Positions 18,144 to 28,335 of a stretch of 64,000 nt of DNA are shown here, piece by piece. The notes under the pieces were generated by a model that saw only the letters and a program-made list of their open reading frames with translations, did no database searches and was not told the origin of the DNA. Made by a program: the position numbers and the translations under genes. The stretch comes from Aestuariivirga sp. Its GTDB lineage: Bacteria; Pseudomonadota; Alphaproteobacteria; Rhizobiales; Aestuariivirgaceae. Where the stretch lies: assembly GCF_047600585.1 (NCBI RefSeq), contig NZ_JASGKP010000001.1, positions 3,213,823 through 3,277,822 on the forward strand, given 5' to 3'. Each line of letters opens with the position of its first letter. The first letter of the stretch is position 1.

Positions 18144-18601
18144 CCGCGATGATCCGGGTACAGCAAGAGCCGTTCGATGCGGGGCGTGAACTCACGGCCT
18201 TCAAGGCGGGGAAAACCCATGTGGGCGGCACCGCGCTCTTCGTGGGCACGGTGCGCGACAGGAACGAGGGACAGGGCGTTTCCGCCATGACCCTGGAGCA
18301 CTATCCCGGCATGACCGAGAAGGCGCTGGCCGGTATCGAGGCCGAGGCGCGGGCCCGCTGGCCGCTCGATGACGTGCTGATCATCCACCGCCATGGCCGC
18401 ATGCTGCCGGGCGAGGACATCGTGCTGGTACTCACCTCCTCCTCCCACCGCGAGGCCGCCTTTGCCGCCTGCCAATTCCTGATGGACTGGTTGAAGACCA
18501 AGGCGCCCTTCTGGAAGCTGGAAGAAGGCCAGGGTGATCCGCGCTGGGTCGATGCCCGCGAGTCCGACGACGTGGCGGCCCGGCGCTGGTCCGGCACATG
18601 A
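18140..18601 (+). CDS. moaE: Molybdopterin synthase catalytic subunit
   Basis: FVGTVRD, LEHYPGMTE, HRHGRM, SSHREAAF, MDWLKTKAPFWKLE. Confidence 0.95.
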   Translation: MTAMIRVQQEPFDAGRELTAFKAGKTHVGGTALFVGTVRDRNEGQGVSAMTLEHYPGMTEKALAGIEAEARARWPLDDVLIIHRHGRMLPGEDIVLVLTSSSHREAAFAACQFLMDWLKTKAPFWKLEEGQGDPRWVDARESDDVAARRWSGT

Positions 18602-18608
18602 GCCATCC

Positions 18609-19214
18609 ATGAGATACGGGCTGCGCGGCGCTGCCGCGCAATGGCTGACGGTGGCCATGCTGGTGCTTGTGCTGGTGACGCTGGCCCGCCTGCATCCGGA
18701 GTGGTTCGCAAATCCCGAGACGCGTTATCCGGAAGAACCGCCCCGCATCGGTCGCTACGACGCCATCGACGGCGACAGTTTCCGCCTCGGCAAGCGCGAG
18801 ATCCGCCTGCATGGCATTGATGCGCCGGAATACCGCCAGACCTGCACCACGGCAGACGGGGCGGCGGTGCCCTGCGGAAAGATGGCGCGCGATGCCCTCA
18901 CCCGGCTCGCACGGAACGGCGAGGTTCGTTGCGCGCTTGTGGAATATGACCGCTACCGCCGCGAAGTCTCGGAGTGTACGGCGGGAAGCACCAACCTCAA
19001 CCGCGAGATGGTGCGGCAGGGCTGGGCGGTCGCATATACCAAACACCTTGGAACCGATCCGTACAATATCGCCGGAGCCGAGGCTGAAGCGAAGGCGGCG
19101 AAGCGCGGCATCTGGGCCATGCGCTTTGACAGGCCCGACGTCTGGCGCAATCGCAACCGCAATCTCCAAGGCAACATGGGCGGTGCGCCCGGCGACGAGA
19201 TCAAGGACGAGTGA
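18609..19214 (+). CDS. Thermonuclease (SNase-like) family protein
   Basis: AIDGDSF, IRLHGIDAPE, YDRYRR, LNREMVRQGWA, AKAAKRGIW; N-terminal TM helix. Confidence 0.9.
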   Translation: MRYGLRGAAAQWLTVAMLVLVLVTLARLHPEWFANPETRYPEEPPRIGRYDAIDGDSFRLGKREIRLHGIDAPEYRQTCTTADGAAVPCGKMARDALTRLARNGEVRCALVEYDRYRREVSECTAGSTNLNREMVRQGWAVAYTKHLGTDPYNIAGAEAEAKAAKRGIWAMRFDRPDVWRNRNRNLQGNMGGAPGDEIKDE

Positions 19215-19229
19215 GGCTCAGAGCCTCAC

Positions 19230-20282
19230 TCACACCTTCACGAGGCCGCTGCCGTCATTGTCGAAGCAGAGATCGAGCACGCGCTGCAGGTTGGCGGCGT
19301 GGCGGAAATCCGGCGTCAGGTTCTTGCCCGCTGCGATGGCGTTGATGAAGCGGCGGTAGTTCGTCTCCACTGGCTCCGGCTTGATCGGCCGCCAGGCCAT
19401 GGTGTTCACGTCATCGCCCGTGCAGGCGCGCAACTCCGTCCAGCCCTCCATGTGCTTCACTTCCACCGCGCCCTTGTCGCCGTGGATGCGGAGGTGAAGC
19501 TCGTTGTCGTGGCCGGTCATGAAGCGCGAGGCCTGGATGATGCCCAGCGCGCCGTTGGAAAACTCCACCGTCATCACCGCGCTGTCGTTGGCATCGAGCG
19601 GATATTCGCCGATCTTGTCGCCATCGGCCTTGTGGAAGGTCTTGAGGCGGGGCTGGATCGCCACCAGTTCGGCGTCACAGCCGAAGCTGGCGAAGTCGAG
19701 GATGTGGATGCCGACGTCACCCAGCACGCCCTTGGAGCCATGCTTTTCCGAAAGACGCCACAGCCACATGGGGAGCGTGCGCCAATCGCCCCAGTGATTG
19801 CCCACAAGCCACGACTGGCGGTAGCTCGCCTCCACATGGCGGATGCGGCCCAGCGTGCCGTCGGTCACAAGCTTCCGCGCCACGTGGATTGCCGCCACGT
19901 TGCGGTAGGTGAGGTTCACCATGTTGATGAGGCCCGCCTTCTCCGCGGCGTCCGACATCTCCTTCGCGAGCGCGTAGTTCTCGGCCAGCGGCTTCTCGCA
20001 CAGCACATGCTTGCCGGCGGCGAGCAGCTTCATGGTGGTGGGATGATGGATCGCATCGGGCGTCACGTTGGTGGCGGCATCGAAGCCGCCCCAGGCAATC
20101 GCTGCGTCGAGATCCTCGAAGCTCTTCGCCATGCCGAAGCCCTTGGCGAATTCGGCGGCACGGCCCGGCACCACGTCGCAGGCGCCCACCATCTCGACGC
20201 GCGGATCGAGCGCAAAGGCCGTGGCATGGGCCTTCGCCATGCCGCCTGTTCCGAGAACAAGAAGTCGGATCGGTTTTGTCAT
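19230..20282 (-). CDS. thuB: Gfo/Idh/MocA oxidoreductase (ThuB-like)
   Basis: Rossmann VLGTGGMA, HVLCEKPLA, GVLGDVGIHILD; immediately downstream of thuA. Confidence 0.8.
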   Translation of the reverse strand: MTKPIRLLVLGTGGMAKAHATAFALDPRVEMVGACDVVPGRAAEFAKGFGMAKSFEDLDAAIAWGGFDAATNVTPDAIHHPTTMKLLAAGKHVLCEKPLAENYALAKEMSDAAEKAGLINMVNLTYRNVAAIHVARKLVTDGTLGRIRHVEASYRQSWLVGNHWGDWRTLPMWLWRLSEKHGSKGVLGDVGIHILDFASFGCDAELVAIQPRLKTFHKADGDKIGEYPLDANDSAVMTVEFSNGALGIIQASRFMTGHDNELHLRIHGDKGAVEVKHMEGWTELRACTGDDVNTMAWRPIKPEPVETNYRRFINAIAAGKNLTPDFRHAANLQRVLDLCFDNDGSGLVKV

Positions 20283-20293
20283 GGCGTCAACTC

Positions 20294-21078
20294 TCAGCGG
20301 AAGCCTTCCTGGCCGTCTTCGTGCAGGCGCGGGCCCTTCACCTCGAGCGGATAGGGCGCCTTGTCATGGGGCACGTTGGGAGCGGGATGGATGCCGGTCC
20401 ACGGCTTGGCAGGATTGTAGGCCCAGCGCGTGGCGTTCTTGATCACCCGCAGCACATCCGTGTTGTAGTAGGTGGGATAGGCTTCGTGGCCCGGGCGGAA
20501 ATAGAAGACGTTGCCGGCACCGCGGCGATAGGTGACGCCGGAGCGGAACACTTCCCCGCCTTCGAAATGCGAGATCATGACGGTCTCGAGCGGCTCCGGA
20601 ATGGAGAAGGGCTCGCCATACATTTCCTCGTGCTCGATCTTGATACACTCGGGCAGGCCCTCGGCGATGGGGTGGTTCGGATTGATGATCCACACCAGTT
20701 CCTTCTCGCCCGCCTCGCGCCACTTGAGCGAGCACGGCGTACCCATCAGGCGCTTGAAGATCTTCGAGTAGTGGCCGGAGTGGAGCACGATCAGCCCCAT
20801 GCCCTCATAGACGCGCTTCGCCACGCGTTCGACGATCTCGTCCTTCACGTCGCCATGGGCGGCATGGCCCCACCAGATCAGCACGTCGGTTTCGGCGAGG
20901 CGCTTTTCCGAGAGGCCGTGTTCGGCGTCATCATCGAGGAGCGCATGGTCGACGACGAAATCCTTGTCGCCGGCAAAGGCCTTCTTCAATGCGCCATGCA
21001 TGCCTTCGGGATAGAGGGAGGCCACGAGCTTGTTCTTCTTCTCGTGGCGGTGTTCATGCCAGATCAGTGTGCGGATGG

Positions 21079-21082
<4 letters not shown>
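20294..21082 (-). CDS. thuA: Trehalose utilization protein ThuA
   Basis: [62 protein letters not shown]. Confidence 0.95.
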
Positions 21083-22092
<1,010 letters not shown>

Positions 22093-22093
22093 G

Positions 22094-23239
22094 TCAGCCT
22101 CCCTTGACCGAGCCCGCGAGGAGACCGCGGACGAAATAGCGTTGCAGCGAGAAGAACACGATGAGCGGAACGATGATGGTGATGAAAGCCGATGCCGTGA
22201 GGATTTCCCAGTTGCCGCCGCGCGAGCCGAGCAGCGAGTTGAGCTGGTAGGTCAGCACCGTCTTGTCAGGCTCCGTGCCGAGGAAGACGATCGCCACCAG
22301 AAGGTCGTTCCACACCCAGAGGAACTGGAAGATGGCGAAGGAAGCGAGCGCCGGGAAGGAGAGCGGCAGGATGATGCGGCGGAAGATCTTGAAGTCGTTG
22401 GCGCCGTCAACCTGCGCTGACTCGATCAGGTCACGCGGCAGGCCGGCGATGTAGCTCCGCAGCAGGTAGATGGCGAAGGGAAGGCCGAAGCCCGTGTGCG
22501 CCAGCCAGATGCCGAGATAGGTCTTCGAAAGGAAGCCCGTGGCGTTGTAGAGCTTGAGCAACGGGATGAGCGACATCTGCAGCGGTACGACGAGGAGGCC
22601 CACCACCACCGAGATCATGAAGCCGCGTGCGGGGATCTTCATCCAGGCCAGCGCATAGGCGGCGAAGGCTGCAATCAGGATGGGGATGATGGTCGCCGGA
22701 ATGGTGACCGTGAGGGAGTTGACGAAAGCCCGCCCGATCCCTTGCGAGAACAGCACGTTGGCGTAGTTCTCGGTGGTGAAGGCGGGCGGCACCGAGGTCA
22801 TGAAGAAGACGCGTTGTCCCCTGCCGTCTTCGAATTTGACCGGTGACGTGTAGGTGTAGGCGCCGTCGGCATTGACGGTGAGGCTGCGGCCATCGTCGTA
22901 AGCCGCGGTGGCGCCCGGCGCGAATTCATCGGGCTTCGCCACTTTGGTGCCGAAGGCCGTGACCGTGCCTGTGCCGCCCTCTGCCCCCTCGAAGAGATTG
23001 CCGGAGATGACGAACTTGCCATCCTGCTCCACCTGGGCGGAGGCCTCCTTGGTGCGGGTCTGGGCTGAGCGCACCGTTGTCGTCAGCGCCGTCCACCAGC
23101 CGGAGGTGGCGATCAGGTTCTTGTCGCGGAGCGAGGAGACGAGGAGGCCTGCGGTCGGCAGTGTCCACATGGCGACGATGATGAGCACCGCAAGATGAAG
23201 CGCAAAGCGCGAGGGCTCGAGGCGAATGCGTTGCAGCAT
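22094..23239 (-). CDS. aglG: Alpha-glucoside ABC permease AglG
   Basis: Carbohydrate permease with large periplasmic insert, EAA-type loop IESAQVDGA and ALASFAIFQFLWVWNDLL. Confidence 0.85.
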   Translation of the reverse strand: MLQRIRLEPSRFALHLAVLIIVAMWTLPTAGLLVSSLRDKNLIATSGWWTALTTTVRSAQTRTKEASAQVEQDGKFVISGNLFEGAEGGTGTVTAFGTKVAKPDEFAPGATAAYDDGRSLTVNADGAYTYTSPVKFEDGRGQRVFFMTSVPPAFTTENYANVLFSQGIGRAFVNSLTVTIPATIIPILIAAFAAYALAWMKIPARGFMISVVVGLLVVPLQMSLIPLLKLYNATGFLSKTYLGIWLAHTGFGLPFAIYLLRSYIAGLPRDLIESAQVDGANDFKIFRRIILPLSFPALASFAIFQFLWVWNDLLVAIVFLGTEPDKTVLTYQLNSLLGSRGGNWEILTASAFITIIVPLIVFFSLQRYFVRGLLAGSVKGG

Positions 23240-23240
23240 G

Positions 23241-24257
23241 TCAGTGACCTCCCTTGCGCTCGGCGTTGGCCTGGCGGATGTTCCAGATCATGATCGGCAG
23301 CACTGCGATCATGATGATGATGGCGATGGCCGCGCCACGGCCGAAGTCGCCGCCGCCGCGGAACATCCAGTCGAACATCAGGTTGGCGAGCACCTGCGTA
23401 TCCCACTGGCCGTTGGTCATGGTGAGCACGATGTCGAAGACCTTGAGGACGAGCACGGTGATCGTCGTCCACACCACGATGATCGTCGGCATGATCTGCG
23501 GCACCATGATGCGCCAGAAGATCTTGAAAGGACCCGCACCATCGATGACCGCGGCCTCGAGGGTGTCTTCCGGCACGCCGCGCAGGGCAGCGCCGAGGAT
23601 GACGGTGGCAAAGCCGGTCTGGATCCAGATGAGGATCACCATCAGGAAGAAGTTGTTCCAGAAGGGCATGGAGATCCACACCTGCGGCGCGCCGCCGAAC
23701 CATTCGACGATGGCATTGAGGATGCCGATCTGCTCCTGGCCTTCGCCGCGGTAGTCATAGACGAACTTCCAGATCACCGAGGCGCCGACGAAGGAGATGG
23801 CCATGGGGAGGAAGATGAAGCTCTTGGCAATGGGCCCCCAGAAGATGCGGTCGGTAAGGACGGCGATGACGAGACCGAGGAAGGTGCAGGCTGCGGGCAC
23901 CACGAGGAGCCAGAGGAAGTTGTTGAAGATCGAGGTGCGGAAGCCCGTGTCGTTGACGGCCCAGCGGTAGTTGTCGAAGCCCACGAAGGCGTCGCCCGCC
24001 TTGTCGTGGAAGGACAGCCAGATGGTCTGGAAGACCGGATAGATGAGATAGATGGTGAGCAGGATCATCGCCGGGAAGAGGAAGAGCCACGGGCGGACCA
24101 ATGATTGCAGTTTGAGATTGCGGATGGAGCGGTCGTCGTTGCTGGCGTTCACCGGCAGCAGCACATCGAGGATGGCGTTGGAGCCCCAGAAATAGGCGAG
24201 GCAGCCGCCCACGCCGATGAGCACGGTGAAGAGGGCATAGAACAATTGCATTGCCAT
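23241..24257 (-). CDS. aglF: Alpha-glucoside ABC permease AglF
   Basis: PWLFLFPA, KSFIFLPMAISFVGASVIWKFVY, EAAVIDGA, LKVFDIV. Confidence 0.85.
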   Translation of the reverse strand: MAMQLFYALFTVLIGVGGCLAYFWGSNAILDVLLPVNASNDDRSIRNLKLQSLVRPWLFLFPAMILLTIYLIYPVFQTIWLSFHDKAGDAFVGFDNYRWAVNDTGFRTSIFNNFLWLLVVPAACTFLGLVIAVLTDRIFWGPIAKSFIFLPMAISFVGASVIWKFVYDYRGEGQEQIGILNAIVEWFGGAPQVWISMPFWNNFFLMVILIWIQTGFATVILGAALRGVPEDTLEAAVIDGAGPFKIFWRIMVPQIMPTIIVVWTTITVLVLKVFDIVLTMTNGQWDTQVLANLMFDWMFRGGGDFGRGAAIAIIIMIAVLPIMIWNIRQANAERKGGH

Positions 24258-24366
24258 GGCAGCCACTCCCTGCGGACGGAGCTTGCGCTGCAACAGCAGC
24301 GGCGCCGTCTGAGTATGTCAGTACGTCGAATTCAGTTTCGTGGGATCACGCGTCAGCATCGGGTCC

Positions 24367-24398
24367 GGAGACGGCCAGCCGAACGACCGGCCGTCTCC
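24367..24398. other. Strong intergenic hairpin between aglE and aglF (possible mRNA stabiliser/partial terminator)
   Basis: GGAGACGGCC-N12-GGCCGTCTCC. Confidence 0.5.
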
Positions 24399-24484
24399 AC
24401 TGCGCTTTCGGGAGGAACGCGAAAGCAGAACCGTTCAAGGCCCGCCGACTGCCCCCGGTCGCAGCCGGTGGAACCCCGATGGGA

Positions 24485-25840
24485 TTACTTGATCTCGTCC
24501 CAGGCCTTCTGGATGGCGGCACCGGTGTCGGCAGCGGACTTGCCGCCGACAAAGTCCACCATTCCGGTCCAGAACGCGCCGGCGCCGATCTTGCCGGGCA
24601 TCAGGTCGGAGCCATCGAAGCGGAACGTGGTCGCGGTCGAGAGAATCTCGCCCTGCTTGCGCGCCGCATCGTTGATGTAGGCATCCTGGTTCACCGACTT
24701 GAGCGGGGTGAGGAAGCCGCCGTCCTTCATGAAGACCTCATGCGAGAGCGGCATCTTCAGGTAGTCGATGAAGGCGCGCGCGGCCTTCGAGTCCTTGGTG
24801 ATGGCGAAGAGCGTGCCTGCACCCAGCACCGGCTTTCCAAGCTCGGGCTTGGAGGCGTAGGGCGGGAAGTAGAAGAAGTCGGCATCTTCACCCACCTTCG
24901 TTCCTTCCGGGAAGAAGGAGGGAATGAAGGACGCCTGGCGGTGCATGTAGCACTTGGGCGGCGAGGAGAAGAGACCCTTGGGGCTGTCGCGGAAGTCGGT
25001 CGAGGCCACGCCCGCGGCACCGCCATCCACATAGGCATCGTTCTTGGCGAACTGGCCGAAGGTGTCGATCGCGGCCACCACTTCGGGCGAGTCGAACTTC
25101 AGCTCGTTGGTCACCCACTTGTCATAGGCTTCCGGCGGCTGGGTGCGGAGCATGATGTCCTCGACCCAGTCGGTGGCAGGCCAGCCCGTGGCACCGCCCG
25201 AACCGAGGCCGATGCACCACGGCTTGCCGCCGTCCTTCACGATCTGGTCGGAAAGGGCGATCAGCTCTTCCATGGTCTGCGGAATCTTGTAGCCCGCATC
25301 CTTGAAATTCTCCGGGCTGTACCAGACCAGCGACTTCAGGTCGGCCTTGTAGGGGAAGGCGTAGAAGGCGGGCGCGCCGTCCTTGCCCTTGTAGGTGCCG
25401 AGCGACACCCACGAGGCGCCGGCGCCATAGTTGTCGGTCACGAACTTGGCATCGTCGGCAGTGAGCGGCACGAGATGCCCCTTGGCAGCAAGGTCGGCGA
25501 GAAGACCGGGCTGCGGCAGGATGGTGATGTTGGCGGGAGAGCCGGCTTCGGTGTCGATCACCGCCTGCTGCTCGTAGTTTTCGGACGAGGAGTATTTGAC
25601 GTCGGCACCTGTGGCCTGACGGAAGTATTCGAGCACCACCTGGATGTGGGCTTCGTCGTCGCCGCGCCAGGGACCGAAGATGGTGAGCGTTTCACCCTTC
25701 AGGTCGACCTTCTTGAGGGCGTCGAAATTGTCCCAGTGGAACGGGCCCTCGCCGGGCTTGTACTTGAGATCAGCGGCGAAGGACGAGGTGGCGGCCGCCA
25801 TGGCGAACAGGGCAGCAGACAAGGCCAGACGCAATTTCAT
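24485..25840 (-). CDS. aglE: Alpha-glucoside ABC substrate-binding protein AglE
   Basis: Signal peptide; ADLKYKPGE...TLTIFGPWRG...KYSSSENYEQQ...LPQPGL; RFDGSDLMPGKIGAGAFW. Confidence 0.9.
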   Translation of the reverse strand: MKLRLALSAALFAMAAATSSFAADLKYKPGEGPFHWDNFDALKKVDLKGETLTIFGPWRGDDEAHIQVVLEYFRQATGADVKYSSSENYEQQAVIDTEAGSPANITILPQPGLLADLAAKGHLVPLTADDAKFVTDNYGAGASWVSLGTYKGKDGAPAFYAFPYKADLKSLVWYSPENFKDAGYKIPQTMEELIALSDQIVKDGGKPWCIGLGSGGATGWPATDWVEDIMLRTQPPEAYDKWVTNELKFDSPEVVAAIDTFGQFAKNDAYVDGGAAGVASTDFRDSPKGLFSSPPKCYMHRQASFIPSFFPEGTKVGEDADFFYFPPYASKPELGKPVLGAGTLFAITKDSKAARAFIDYLKMPLSHEVFMKDGGFLTPLKSVNQDAYINDAARKQGEILSTATTFRFDGSDLMPGKIGAGAFWTGMVDFVGGKSAADTGAAIQKAWDEIK

Positions 25841-25902
25841 CAGATTTCCTCCCATGATGATACTCTGCGTTTTATGGTCCGGGCGCCTTGGTCTCGAAGA
25901 AA

Positions 25903-25920
25903 ATCCAAAGCGCTTTGGAT
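25903..25920. promoter_or_regulatory. LacI-family (AglR) operator
   Basis: Perfect palindrome ATCCAAAGCGCTTTGGAT upstream of aglE; a second core AAAGCGCTTT at 26074-26083 just upstream of aglR. Confidence 0.85.
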
Positions 25921-26089
25921 AATTCCTCACTATCGGCAGTTGCCGCGGGAGTCAATGGAATTTTGCAGTATAATTGAGCAATTACGCCCATAAGTGTGCG
26001 GCGCAATACGAAATGTATCACAATTCGCACCTGCAAAATGGCTCTTCGGCAGCGCGGCAAAGGTCGGCTATTGAAAGCGCTTTGGGAAT

Positions 26090-27139
26090 ATGACAGAGTT
26101 CAAGCCCATGAATCTCCGCGAGCTTTCAGAGTTGCTGCAACTCTCCCAAACCACGGTCAGCCGGGCCTTGAACGGCTACCCCGAGGTTTCGGAGGATACC
26201 CGCTCGCGGGTGCGCGCGGCAGCCGAGATGCATGGCTATCGTCCCTCGGCGGCGGCGCGGCGTCTCGCCACCGGCCAGTCGGGCACGCTCGGCCTCGTTT
26301 TCCCGCGCGAACGCAACATGCTGGGCGATCTCATCTTCACCGAATTCCTCGGCTGCTGTGTCGAACAGGCCTCCGATCTCGACTACGACATCACGCTCGC
26401 CATGGCGCGCGGCGCCCAGACCGAGGAAAGCGTCTACCGCCGCGCGGTGCGCTCGGCCCGCGTCGATGCCATGATCCTCTCGAGCCCGCTGCTCGCCGAT
26501 CCGCGTCTTGATCTTTTGCGCTCGCTGAAGATGCCCTTCATCCTGCATGGCCGCACCCGCGCCACCGCGCCCTATGCGACGCTTGATATCGACAACCGCG
26601 GCGCCTTCCTCCAGGCCACGCGCCTGCTCTGCGACCTCGGCCACCGTTCCATCGCCCTCATCAACGGCGACACCGCCTTCAACTATGCCGCCGACCGCGA
26701 GAGCGGCTACCGCGAAGCGCTGATGATGAAAGGACTGATCCCGCCGCCCACCCTAATCTGCGGGGCCATGATGACCGAGCGCCACGGCGAGGAAGAAGCA
26801 ACCCGCATGCTGGCGCTCCCCCTCACCGACCGGCCCACTGCCTTCATCTGCTCTTCGATGGCCCAGGCGGCAGGTGTGACGCGCGCCGCCGCCCGCGCCG
26901 GGCTTGCCGTCGGCAAGGACATCTCGCTCATCGCCCATGACGACCGCGTGGCCGACTTCCGGGCCGAATCCTTCGATCCGCCGCTCACCACCACACAGTC
27001 GTCGATCGGTGCCGCGGGCAAGCGCGTGGTGGAGCTTCTCATCCACATGCTGCGCAACCCGGGCGAGCCTCTCCCGCAGGAGGTGTGGCCGGTCGATCTT
27101 GTGGTTCGTGCCTCGACAGGGCCCGCTCCCCGCCAGTAG
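26090..27139 (+). CDS. aglR: LacI family transcriptional regulator AglR
   Basis: MNLRELSELLQLSQTTVSRALNGYPEVSE HTH; divergent from aglE. Confidence 0.9.
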   Translation: MTEFKPMNLRELSELLQLSQTTVSRALNGYPEVSEDTRSRVRAAAEMHGYRPSAAARRLATGQSGTLGLVFPRERNMLGDLIFTEFLGCCVEQASDLDYDITLAMARGAQTEESVYRRAVRSARVDAMILSSPLLADPRLDLLRSLKMPFILHGRTRATAPYATLDIDNRGAFLQATRLLCDLGHRSIALINGDTAFNYAADRESGYREALMMKGLIPPPTLICGAMMTERHGEEEATRMLALPLTDRPTAFICSSMAQAAGVTRAAARAGLAVGKDISLIAHDDRVADFRAESFDPPLTTTQSSIGAAGKRVVELLIHMLRNPGEPLPQEVWPVDLVVRASTGPAPRQ

Positions 27140-27147
27140 AGTGGGGC

Positions 27148-27963
27148 ATGATCACCGACTTCGACGACGCCTATACCAACGGCGCCTACATCCCGAACGG
27201 CAGCGATTGGCCGGGCCGCTGGACGGCCTCTGCCGAGCATTTCCGCGAGAACCTGCCGCCGGGCTGTACCGCCACCTATTCCACGGCCTACGGGGCGGGC
27301 GAGCGCAACAGCTTCGATCTCTTCCGTCCGGCCAGAACGCCCAAGGGCCTCGCCATCTTCATCCACGGCGGATACTGGATGAAGTTCATGAAATCCGATT
27401 GGTCGCATCTGGCCGAAGGCGCGCTCCGCCGCGGCTGGGCCGTTGCCATGCCGGGCTATACGCTTGCACCCGATGTCACCATAGGCGGCATCACCTCGGA
27501 AATCGCCCGCGCCATCACGGCGATTGCGGCAGAGGTGGATGGACCCATCCGCCTTGCCGGGCATTCGGCGGGCGGACACCTTGCCACGCGCATGATCTGC
27601 GAACCGTCACAGCTTCCCGAGACGGTCCTTGAACGTTTGCAGCAGGTGATCTCGATCAGCGGGCTGCATGATCTCCGCCCGCTCATGCGCACGCGCCTCA
27701 ACGACACGCTGAAGCTCACCGAGCTTGAGGCGCGGAACGAAAGCCCGGCACTCCGCCGCCCCCGTCTCACCCACAAAGTGATGTGCTGGGTGGGGGCTGC
27801 GGAGCGTCCGGAATTCATCCGCCAGACCGATCTTCTGGCCAATGTCTGGCACGGGCTCGGGGTGGAGATCGACAGGCATCACGCCGACGAGCGCCACCAC
27901 TTCGACGTGATCGAGGATCTTGTCGATCCCGAGAGCACGCTGACGAAGCTGTTTGCGCCCTAG
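27148..27963 (+). CDS. Alpha/beta hydrolase (arylformamidase/esterase-like)
   Basis: FIHGGYW, nucleophile elbow GHSAGGHL, C-terminal HHFDVIE. Confidence 0.88.
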   Translation: MITDFDDAYTNGAYIPNGSDWPGRWTASAEHFRENLPPGCTATYSTAYGAGERNSFDLFRPARTPKGLAIFIHGGYWMKFMKSDWSHLAEGALRRGWAVAMPGYTLAPDVTIGGITSEIARAITAIAAEVDGPIRLAGHSAGGHLATRMICEPSQLPETVLERLQQVISISGLHDLRPLMRTRLNDTLKLTELEARNESPALRRPRLTHKVMCWVGAAERPEFIRQTDLLANVWHGLGVEIDRHHADERHHFDVIEDLVDPESTLTKLFAP

Positions 27964-28036
27964 CGCATCGTGCGAGCAAGTGGACACCACTTGCGACGCG
28001 GAAGATGCGCCAATGATGCGTTGAAGCCTGGACGGA

Positions 28037-28231
28037 TCAGAAGCGGCCGGTCATCACCGACGAGCGGTTGAGGCCGATGTCCTTGAGCATGCGGTCATCG
28101 AGCTTCAGCAGGGCGCGCTGGGCGGCGCGGCGCTTGATGTTTTCCTGCAGGCCGAACACCAGGCGGGTGATGAGCGCGCGGTTCTGGCGGGCGGTGATCT
28201 CGTTGAGATGAAGGGTCGTCATTGTCGTCAT
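28037..28231 (-). CDS. DUF1127 (YjiS-like) small protein
   Basis: RRAAQRALLKLDDRMLKDIGLNRS motif. Confidence 0.88.
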   Translation of the reverse strand: MTTMTTLHLNEITARQNRALITRLVFGLQENIKRRAAQRALLKLDDRMLKDIGLNRSSVMTGRF

Positions 28232-28335
28232 TCCATTCTGTTGGCGGGGCGCGTTTGCCGCGCCCGGTGATTGAATGGTGGCGCTTCTAGTGCGGCGATG
28301 CTGGATGGCCCCTGAAGGCGGCGTTCATTTTCGGT